A DNA stretch of 64,000 nucleotides. Source: Pseudovirgaria hyperparasitica. Lineage: Eukaryota. The stretch lies in assembly GCA_010093815.1 (NCBI GenBank), contig ML996575.1; one strand, written 5' to 3'. Each line of letters opens with the position of its first letter. The stretch's first letter is position 1. The position numbers were made by a program, and so were the translations under genes. Positions 1 through 9,915 of the stretch are shown one piece after another. The notes under the pieces are model-generated. The model saw only the letters and a program-made list of their open reading frames with translations. It had not been told where the DNA came from and made no database searches.

Positions 1-269
1 TGTCTGTCGATAATTAAGGGTTCCCCCGCATTCTCGGGTCTTAGAACCTACTAGGATGTAGGCATCGTTGCATCTAGCTTGACAGCGTATTTTTTTGCCT
101 TCTTATCACGCCTAAGACGATATATACTATAGTAATTTGCAAGCATAGTGTGCGTTACTAATAATGTTTAGCGCACGAGCCTTTGGACCCATAACTTAAA
201 AAGTCTTCATTCACCACACGACCCTTCATGACGACCATCCTTTATTTGGAACACTGAAGAAAAACAAAA

Positions 270-353
270 AGGCGAGCCTGGGGCTCGAACCCAGAATCTC
301 CTGATACTCTACGAGGTCGTAGTCAGACGCATTACCAATTATGCCAACCCACC
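270..353 (-). tRNA. tRNA-Arg(ACG) with a short intron
   Basis: Reverse complement folds as a tRNA: acceptor GGTGGGT/GCTCGCC, D-arm TGGCATAATTGGTAATGC, anticodon arm TCTGA-CT-ACG-A-[~11-nt intron]-A-TCAGG, T-arm CTGGG-TTCGAGC-CCCAG. A T-run (Pol III terminator) follows. Confidence 0.9.
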
Positions 354-1221
354 ATTTGTTGAGGTGCCACTTTGAAGCTCACAAAATATTCTCTTGCAAA
401 GATGTATATTATCTATACCACTGCGCGTTCCAATAGTCCCGGCTAACCCGACTCGGAGGGTGACGAATCATTCGCTACAGGTATTAACACAATGTCTGAC
501 GACAAACGTGTCTTTTATCCTTTATTTCTTTTATCTAAGGCAATTCTTTAATCAAATCTACTAATATGATTTACAACCCTAGACCGGAGCCATGCAGAAC
601 CCTACAGCCAACATTAAGTGTGACTCATCCACGTTCGTTGGCTTCGCTCTTCTTAAAAAATCACAAGTACTCTTTCAACAAACTAGTGTTCAAGATCCGC
701 AATGTGAAATATATGAAGTGATTGCGAGCGCAGAGCGGCTTCTGTCACATTTGTTCCACTGGCTCGACCTCGACAAGAGAAAGAACATGCACGACTAGTA
801 CAGTCTCTCCCGGTCAGACTGTATGTTGCAGATAACAATCGGTGTACGTCAAGTGCTCGTCATGGTCAGGTCTCCAACACAACGGTCTACAAAACCTCGA
901 ATTACCGACACTTACTTCATACCAATCAAGGATACAAGGCTTCAAAAATTTTACAAGGACACCGCGTGGAAACAAACATGACTAATCTCATCTGTGGCAT
1001 ATACATAGTGATATCTCTGTACTCAGCAGAAGATAAGAGGCAGTTCGCATTAGCTCAAACAGCGTTCTGAAAACCGCCGATGAATAGTTGGCGAGAAGCG
1101 GCTCGAAAAGACAATGGCCACAAGTCAAAAGGTTGCAAAAGCTTGATCTTCGTTCATGGTCTCGAATCTGCTTGAACAGAGTAGTCTTGACGCAGAAATT
1201 ATTCGATTCAAAAAGCGATAT

Positions 1222-3138
1222 CTACAGGTGTACCTCAACAATCGGACCCCGATATGCTTTTTGCCCTATGGCCACATACCAGATTGCAGCAAAGAGCGAT
1301 ACGAATCCAAATACAAGTACGCTAAAATTCATATTCTGTGGAGTGACTGGCGTGCCTGGGGGCCAGAAAGCCCAGAACCACAACAAAGCAAGGTAACAGC
1401 ATGCAAAGGCATTGTTAAGCGTCCCTATGAATCCTGGGATGCTCCAAGGACCCCATGAAAGGTTTCCTGGGCCTACGAGCGATGTGTCGGAGCTATAGGG
1501 TCTGATACCACCTGGTTGGAGGCGACGCCAGAGCAAAAGAGCAGCACTCAGGAAGTAGGAAGCGTAAAGTCCTGCGATACTGAGGTTGACAATGTTGTTA
1601 AAAGCTACGCTAGAGCCAAGGATGATGAGCGATAAGAGGACAGAGATTATGGTGGTTACAGCGATCGTGTAGATGGGAATCGACGTGCGAGGATCGAGCT
1701 GACCAGATATTAGTTCAAAGAAGTGCCTTGGACGAATGAACGTTGATATCCTTACCATAGTGAGCTGTCTCCAAAATGGTACGCCTTGGTCTCGGGCGAA
1801 TGACCACAACTGGCGGGACGAGGAAGCAAGTACTCCTACAGTACTGCAGATTCCCAAAACGACAATTATGATGCCCATGACCGCAGTCCCTCCGGTAGAT
1901 CCTGTGGCATTGTAGAATACATATAGAAAAGTGTATCCGTACCGAGTTGTTTCATCTAAAGCTGTCGCGAGATCGCCTAGACAAAAAAGGTAGGCAAGCA
2001 TCATTGCGAAGCCCAAAATACCGTTCAGCACAATACTGATGAGAATCGCTCGCGGTACGATTACGGATGCATTCTTGATTTCTTCGGCCATCTATTCGAT
2101 CAGTCAGCAGTTGATCATGTTTCACACCTAAAGATCACTTACATGGACTGCCGAATCTGCTCCAATCAAGGAGAAAACCGACGCGGGGAGTCCGACCATG
2201 AAGGAAAGCCCCTGAGTCTTCCAGCCGCCGCTGTTGACGAACGTAGTGAAGAACGAGGTATCGCCATGCGGTCCAAGGTACACCAACGGGATGAGGATAC
2301 CAAGGAAACCAAAAATGTGTAGGATGAGAATGACACCCTCGAAGTGTGCAAGAGTCCTACTCGCCACAGTGTTTATAAAAACTGCAAATGCAAGAATGGC
2401 CCACAGAAACATCATGGCCTGCCAAGGCTGGGGGACATATGTAGGATGGGTCAGAGCTATCACACTTTGAAGCAGTGTTCCTATCAAATAAGCTGCTGAA
2501 GCCACTACAGCTTGCCATCCAGCGGCCGTCATCCAACCTGAACTTGTCAGTGGTCTCAATCATTGAACATCGCCCATGAACAAACCAGTAATGTAGCTTA
2601 AAAATTTGCTACAGCTTGGGGGAGATAACATTGCAACCCAATGGTACTGCCCTCCAGCAGTGGGTGCCATAGATGCCAATTCTGACAATGTTGTGAAAGT
2701 TGACAATGTGCCAAGCCAAACAATGATGTATCCCCATATCACTCCAGCAGGTCCCCCGCTAGAATTTGTTAGAGACAAGGAAGGTACAGAATCACTGCAA
2801 TGCGTACTTGGCGAGGCTCGCCGTGGAGACGCTAATCCACTATCAGCTACATGTGGTATCAAGTGATTTTGCGAGCGATACATACATTAGCATTCCCTCC
2901 CACGTAATCAAGACTGTGCAAGAGAACCCCAGAATGGACATGAAGCCGAAGTTGCGCTGTGTGATATCAGCAAAGAGTCGTATATCGTCTCCAAAATCGA
3001 TACCAGCTACCATACCTTCAACACTGGCTTCTTCCCGACTCTCATGAGGTCTCGCGCATCATTGCTCAAGATGCTCTCATGACCCGCATCGTCGACTGAT
3101 GCGACTGACGCATTCTTAGAACGATTCTGGAGCTCCAT
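1222..3138 (-). CDS. APC-superfamily amino acid permease (GABA/choline transporter-like), multi-exon
   Basis: Joined ORFs give MELQNRSK...GKKPVLK, RNFGFMSILGF, GGPAGVIWG, ELASMAPTAGGQYHW, DSAVHMAEEIKNAS and SRQLWSFARDQGVPF, with many hydrophobic helices. GT-AG introns lie between the segments. Confidence 0.9.
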
Positions 3139-3859
3139 CCTGACCGAATGTATGGCTTCGCAGAACAGGTCTTCCGTGGTAAAATCAATTGCATGAATTG
3201 AGGTCAAATGAAGAGCACTGTCGCATACTTGGGTCTGTAGATGCGAAATTAATTCCAACAGAAGCTTGGACTGAGCATTTGTCGCGTGGCGTAAGCCGCC
3301 GATACTATCCATGCGGCATGGGGGCTGGTCCACGCTATACATTAGCTTGGGCCACGCATAAATGCCTACGGGCACGCACATAGACTGCGGCCCCAGTATG
3401 GCGTGATAATCCTTGACGCTCTCTAGTCTTCGCAACCTCAAACCACATGCCAATCTCTTGAAAGATATCGTAGAATGCTGAGAGCATGTCCAGCTTTGCT
3501 AGCCAGCTTTGCTGTACTGCGGCCTGCAGCCTGCATCATTTAGACTCCCATGTAACAATGACCTGGACCCATAACATTCCTATTCGGACCTACTGTCGTC
3601 AACTAGACCATATTCGACAATTGCGAATTTTAGCCTTGAATGCTGACGCGAAATCTCAAGTTCGCATGGCATAGCACACGGCTCCTTCGATCCTGCATCT
3701 ATAATGTTCTACGCTTGAAGTGGGACACTCTGACAGACAGACTGAAAGATTAGCCGCTCAGGCAGACTGTAAATACCCTAGGGACCATATTCAGTCCATG
3801 CACGTTCGTCCTTGCACGGTCCGAAATCCATCACGGCTGTCAATCTTTTGATTCTAATC

Positions 3860-5034
3860 ATGGCGACTCTTTTGCTCCCGAGAGATAGGCCTACAGTCAC
3901 CGACGACAACCTCTCCGCTGTTGTCCAAATTCTCGCTATCCTTTTTCTCTCCTTTTCAATCGTCGCAGTTGCCGTAGAGGCCACAACGAAACGTGCCATC
4001 TCCAAACGATTTGCCAACGGCGACTATGTACTCTTTGGGGCTCTTATCTTATGCATTGCTGCTACTTCTACTCTTTTGAGTCCAGCCGGTCGAAGCGTTG
4101 GTAACTCAATCGCCAATGTAGCACCAGCGACGGCGGAGAATGCTTTCAGGGCAAGAGAAACTCAACATACAAACCCCGAGAGACTACTGATTGTCTGATT
4201 GTAGGCTGTCTACGCAGGTGCCATGTTGGACGTAGTGGCTCTGGCTACGATCAAAGTTGCGATGCTATTCGCGTTCCATGGTATTACACCTGTCAAGATA
4301 CATCGCTATGCCATATACGCTGCAGGACTTGTCACACTCGCGTGGGCTATCTCAGGGCTATTCGTCATTGGTTTTCAGTGCGATGGTCCTGATCGCTGGG
4401 TGCTGGGTAAGACTAGATGCATTGAACTGGTCAGTAAAGTCAATTGCGGAAAGTGGAAGATTGCTAATCTATCAAAGACTGGCACAAGAACATACATAGC
4501 AGCTGGGAACATACTAACTGACTTAGCTCTCATAGCCATTCCAACAGCAGTCATCTCGAGAGTGAAGTTGCCCCTCACAAAGCGTCTAACTTTGCTGTCA
4601 GGCTTCTGGGTGCGACTGGTGTGAGTAATCTACAACATGCAAATTGAGCACATGTCTGACTGGTCTACAGCGTAATTGGTGTCACAACCACTCAAATCGT
4701 ATTTCTTCAGGAGCTCAATTATGCGGACGACAACTTGCTTCAAAACATTTGGAAAGTGGTAATTTGCAGAGAAGCTGTACAGTGCAGCAGCATTATGACT
4801 GCCTGCATCCCCTTTTTGAAGCCATTCATGGGTAGCCTGCAATCTGGCTTCCTTCGAGCAGACGATGTAAAGCGTCGAAATGCTGCTGGCATCACTTTGA
4901 ATGGTAACGAGTCAGATTGGTCCTCACGATATGTAGAGATTCAAAAGCAACACACCAACTCCTCGCTCCGTCTTCAATCTTTGACCGTTCAGAGTAATCA
5001 TTCGACACCTGGGACCCCTCAAAATCCTGTCTGA
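3860..5034 (+). CDS. Pth11-like (fungal rhodopsin-domain) integral membrane protein without CFEM domain
   Basis: Spliced product has about 7 hydrophobic segments and family motifs DYVL, K(VAMLF), FQC..P..W, NILTDLALIAIP, KR...F.RL, IMTACIPFLKPF. Introns at about 4151-4204 (GC-AG), 4430-4477 and 4621-4670. Confidence 0.8.
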
Positions 5035-5654
5035 ATCAAAAATGTCATGTTTTGCAAGAGGTTATATACCGTCAGTTCGTAGTGTACCTCATTTCTTTCG
5101 AAATCGAACAAAGTAAATCACATACAGTTGCAGCCCATATGTGACTAGAAGCTCAGGTCATACACAAGCCTAAACAATGGCTGATCCGGTCGTCGTGTCA
5201 TCAAATGTAACCATAGTAGATTCCCTGCCACTGACGAAAGACTTTGGCAAATCTCCACACAAACCATCTCTCGAAGTATCCTCGTTCATTGGTCGGGAGC
5301 TCTGCACTCATGCGAGGACCAACATATTCTCTAGTATATAATATATATATGCGCGCGTGTGTGTTGACAATCATTCTAACTAGATGAGACCACGAGCCAT
5401 GGATCAGACGTCCTATTCGCCCTATGAGATGCATTGTATTTGTTACCACAAGCTCATACAACCAGTTGCTCAGGTTCGAAAGTAGCTGAGCACATGATAT
5501 CCTTGAACTTCACATAAGAACGTAATGAAAACAACCATTCATCTCTATTCATACTAGTGCGCCTGTATTCTGAGATGTCAAGGTACCCATGCTCCAGCAT
5601 CATCTCCTAGTCTGTTGCCACCCCGGGATCGAACACGGGTGGAAAGAGGACCCC

Positions 5655-6042
5655 TTACTTTGATTCTACACCACCTATGTCTATAGTCAGGCGTAGAACA
5701 ATACATTGATAATGTTTTGATAGTATGTGTATGAGGTGCAACATACCATCGAACAAAGGTGGTACTGGACTAGCACGCTTTCTGTCCACGCCACCGTCGA
5801 ACAAAGGTGGTACGGGGCTACTACGCTTTGCGTCTACACCACCATCGAATAGAGGTGGGACTGGGCTGCCTCGCTTTGAGTCTACACCGCCATCAAACAG
5901 AGGTGGGACTGGGCTGCCACGGCTCTCAAATGCTGCACAGGCTGAGTAAAAGCACCTCAATCTTGCTTTATTGTATGGACGTACCGAGCGGAGCAGCGCA
6001 TGCCATAGCTGTGAAAAGGAGGACTACAGAGTAAGCCTTCAT
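5655..6042 (-). CDS. Kex2-processed repeat protein (KEP), putative RiPP precursor, 87 aa, 3 exons (6042-5985, 5932-5747, 5674-5655)
   Basis: MKAYSVVLLFTAMACAAPL-AFESR-GSPVPPLFDGGVDSKR-GSPVPPLFDGGVDAKR-SSPVPPLFDGGVDRKR-ASPVPPLFDGGVESK*. It has a signal-peptide-like N-terminus, 16-aa repeats split by KR, and canonical introns GTACGT..TGCAG (52 nt) and GTATGT..CTGAC..ATAG (72 nt). Confidence 0.9.
5658..5918 (-). repeat. Four 48-nt coding tandem repeats of the precursor (fourth interrupted by an intron)
   Basis: Units differ almost only at synonymous positions within the SPVPPLFDGGV codons. Confidence 0.9.
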
Positions 6043-6615
6043 GATGTTTGATAGGTGGTATGCTTGGTTTCGAAGAAATAGAGCTGTAGAGTATATCTTT
6101 AGGCAAGAGGTGATACTTAAATAATTCTTTCGCTTATCAAATAGTGGACGGAACGTGGTCGGACGACCTGCAATTGAGACGGAGATACACATGGAACTAG
6201 GAATATACATGCAAGGTGATTCTTGCACCGGTGACTTCCGTTCGCATAATGCAGAATCTTGATATCAGTGGCGAATGGATTTCTAGAACTCCCCAACATC
6301 GGCTAATGTGTAACCCCACGGGCCCATGGCCTTCAGTGAACAGTACAGGGTGTGACTAACGGTAGGGGTCCGTAAGAACGCCAATATGTTAGTGCGCATA
6401 CATGACAATTCTCGGAGCCACGAGCTAGTAATGGTGCTTGTAGGACGGTAGACGATCCCATACCAAGTTTTTATTCTAATCTTCTTCTTAGCTAGGTAGT
6501 TGCATGCAAGATAGAGGTAAGCCGTGGAATCTCACCCTTCTTACTCTTCGCCAATATCTAGGAATATACTGTTTCTCTCACGGCTTCTTTCATCACCATT
6601 CGGACTTCTACAAGT

Positions 6616-7591
6616 ATGGAAAGGTCAGAATTCGAACATATTCAAGATTTCAAAGACTCGCAACCTCTTCTAGAGGAGAGTGAACCTGTCAGCAGGAGCC
6701 AGAAAGCGTTCAAGCTATCATGGAACACTATTTTCACAACCCTAACAGGATTGTACATCCTGATATCGGCACCTTTCATTATCTGGCTGTTAAGGAATCG
6801 CATACCTCAAACATATTGTACGTATATCAAGGCTCTTAATATCTGGCAACCCGACTGACAAGTCCATTTATAGCCCCTGCTGCTCGTATTCTCTCTTACT
6901 CGCGCCAGCCATTATATTTCGGCGAGGAGAAGAAATACACAGGAGTCCCCGAGGACGTAGACGACGCATGGGATAACTTGCTTGCACGTAAGCTAAACAC
7001 TTTCTGCGCTATATTCTTCTGGCTTACTGGTACCGATTAGCTATGAACATTCGTGCAACCAAGAAGGAACTAGAGCAGGCTCGTGCAGACTTTGGAGAAG
7101 ACAATGTTCTGCTTACAGACGGCGATTATGTCTCCGTTCTGTCAGTGTATCACGAGCTACACTGCCTCAATGCTCTTCGAATGAACATCTATCACGACCA
7201 CTACTATCCGAACATGACTGAAGATGAGTTCAAGTACAACATCGAACACATGAGTATGTTTTACGCTCGGCGTGTGATCTCAATTCGCTGATTCTTCTTA
7301 GCCCATTGTGTTGATACTATCAGACGCAGCCTGATGTGTAAGGCAGACGTAGCCCTGTATTCGGCCTACTGGATCGGTGATCAATATACGTTTCCCAGCA
7401 AGGAGCTCCAGTCGAACTCCGACACGGTGTGTGTCGATTGGAATTCGATCGATGCCTGGTCAAGGAAACGGCTCCTACCCCGGAACAAGTACAAGGTAAA
7501 AGCAGGCCCGTTCGAGGGAAAGGCCACGAATAAGGACCATGAGCACCCCCATGAACACCCCCATGAACACCCCCATGACCAACAGACTTGA
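6616..7591 (+). CDS. DUF3328 / UstYa-like oxidase, 272 aa, 4 exons (6616-6817, 6874-6987, 7041-7253, 7302-7591)
   Basis: Single N-terminal TM helix, YSPA, VDDAWDNL, first HxxHC (VYHELHCLNALR), second HxxHC formed across intron 3 (EHMTHCVDTIRRSLMCKAD), and C-terminal CVDWNSIDAW. All three GT-AG introns keep frame. Confidence 0.93.
7538..7579 (+). repeat. 12-bp tandem repeat CATGARCACCCC x3.5 encoding (HEHP)3-HD tail of the DUF3328 protein
   Basis: Directly visible: CATGAGCACCCC CATGAACACCCC CATGAACACCCC CATGAC. Confidence 0.9.
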
Positions 7592-7876
7592 GTGATGATC
7601 GTCGTGCAGCAGGATGGGTGTTTATCCTGGTTTTAAGCTGGTGGGGCTACATTGGTGTACATGCGGCGTAGAACACCTAGCGTGCCGGTTTAGCCCGAGA
7701 TGTGCGCAACTAACACTATCTGTGTCAAATCGAAATGATATGCAGGGACATTTGTAATCCCGGATATCGTAACATGTATGGTGACCCGGGTGCACTGTTG
7801 GTGGCGCAGTGGTTATATCATAACTTTGCTCCAAAGCTCAGCAAGTCTGAACATACACCTACGACGCCCTAGCACC

Positions 7877-8884
7877 ATGATGGTATCCAACACAGAAGGC
7901 ATCGCCTCCTTTGCTGTTCCCGGGCTTGACAAACCCTGCGAGACCTGGTACAAGGTGGTTGGAGATCTCGCGTCCCCTAAGACTCCTTTGATAATTCTGC
8001 ACGGTGGTCCCGGGGCTTGCCACGACTATCTCCTTCCTCTCTCAGATATTGCATCCCACTTTCCATTGGTCTTCTATGACCAAATAGGCAATGGCAAGTC
8101 AACTCACTTGCCTTCCAAAGCCGGCGACGAAGCATTCTGGTCTGTTGACCTCTTCCGCGCGGAGTTGGACAATCTACTCGAGCACTTGGGCATCTCGGAC
8201 CGCACAATAGATGTCTATGGCCATTCGTGGGGTGGAATGCTTGCGGTGGAATGGGCTGCCAAGTCTCCTTCGGCTGTAAGACTGCGCCGTCTGGTGATAT
8301 CCAACAGCTTGGCCAGTATGACAGGATGGAGACAAGGGATGTCCCATCTGCGCAGTCAAATGCCGGCTGACCTACAGGCAGTGCTCGACCGCGGCGAACA
8401 GGAGGAGAATTTCGAGACTCCCGAGTATGAGGCTGCCATGGATGTCTTTTACCAGCGACACTTCAGTCTGGCGCGACCATGGCCGTGCAAGGAAGTCAGT
8501 GTAGCGCTGGAGTGGTTTGGCAAGGATATGACCACCTACGGTACAATGTAAGCAGGTCACTGCTCCAGGTCTTACTACGCACTGTTCAGACACCGCCCTG
8601 CTCAACATGCTAATCGTGAGACATTCAGGTACGGTCCGAGCGAGCTATACATCTCTGGCTCCCTCCGCGACTGGACGTCGGTTGCGTTCCTGCCGGACAT
8701 CAAAGCTCCAACCCTGCTGATCAATGGAGCGCAAGATGAGGCCCAAGATGTAGCCATGCAGCCATTCTTCGACCTGATTCCCAAGGTCAAGTGGGTCAAG
8801 CTGGACAATGCAGCTCACTTCTCGCATGTGGACCAGAGAGACCGTTATATGCAGGAGCTAGTTCAATTCCTTGATGTACAGTGA
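7877..8884 (+). CDS. Proline-specific peptidase / proline iminopeptidase-like (alpha/beta hydrolase, S33 family), 2 exons
   Basis: LHGGPG, YDQIGNGKS, nucleophile GHSWGG, TMYGPSE across intron 8548-8628, NGAQDE, and catalytic His in AAHFSH. No signal peptide. Confidence 0.9.
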
Positions 8885-9915
8885 AACCAGCCCGTGCGCA
8901 CGCTTAGAAGGAAGGTCTGTCAGGAGAACGAGACTGGATGTTAGGAAGTTCCGTGATGACACTAAAAAAACCACTTCCTCATCTTAGACTAGTCCCGATT
9001 GTTGTTAATACTGGTGAATCATCTTGCACTGAACTGGGTAGACGTTACTCGGCATGGCACTGGCATCAGCAGCCAAGTTGTAAACCATGCACATAATACA
9101 GGTCTGATGGGTTCTGGCTTCATTGGCGTTAGGGGAGGTCCGAGCGACGAATGCTTAACAGACGCCATGTCATTGTCAAAACACAGACTGTGGGGAACTT
9201 GCACAAGCCTGACGGTCCGTTTTGGCGTCGCGCGGCCCGTTAGTCTGCAGGGATCACGGAGCGCGCGAGTTGTGCCCATTGCAGATGTGCCGCAGACCTG
9301 ATGCGGACACGCGCGCACGTGGGGGTCTCAGCGGCGGATAATAGGTACTGAAGTCTGCATGTTGGTAGTTTTTTTTCTTTTCCTCTAGACACTTTTGATG
9401 TAAGCCCAGAATCCTATTTCCTCATTTGTAGTATTCGCTTGGTGGCAATAGCGACTAAATAGTTCAAACCAACACGCTCGCTTAATACTCTCAGCCTTTG
9501 ACAGTAAAGGCCAACCAGGAGAGGCTTATGATGCATGATATCACATTGATAGCTTAGTTGAACCAACATCCGCCACTTGTACATGATGGCACCCCATCCA
9601 GCAAACACAATGCCCAGACAACCTGCAGAACACATTGATGGCAAGCCTATACTCTCCTACCCAATTCGTCCAGGCGGCAAAGCGCCGTCCGCTAGATCAT
9701 GCCGAAAACCCACAAACCGATTTCCAAGCATCATTACACCATAGGCGCTGGACCAAGTCGGAGCGTGGCACAGGACTAGACGGGAAGGACCCCCACCAAC
9801 TTCCTCACGAAGGATTTATTGACGTACCTATTGTGCTGCTGTCGACCTCGAAACGTAATCTGCCCCTGACATCTCGCGTGAACCACAGACAACCACTATC
9901 CATCTAGTGTCTGAT

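Noticed and set aside
5658..5918. 48-bp periodic repeats as a CRISPR-like array
   Set aside because: Eukaryotic context, no unique spacers, and the repeats are protein-coding.
5725..5949. Plus-strand ORF with repeats PPSNKGGTGL
   Set aside because: It is the antisense shadow of the precursor repeats. The signal peptide, KR sites, splice signals and synonymous variation all fit the minus strand.
5655..5960. ORF-track 101-aa version of the precursor including MLHLIHILSKHYQCIVLRLTIDI
   Set aside because: That segment is a 72-nt in-frame intron with canonical donor, branch and acceptor. Removing it restores the fourth repeat exactly.
5655..6042. Precursor as an alpha-factor-like mating pheromone (ppg1)
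   Set aside because: Lacks the WC..GQPCW-type mature sequence and the XA/XP dipeptide spacer runs typical of Pezizomycotina alpha-pheromones, and it is linked to a DUF3328 gene. A signalling role is not excluded.
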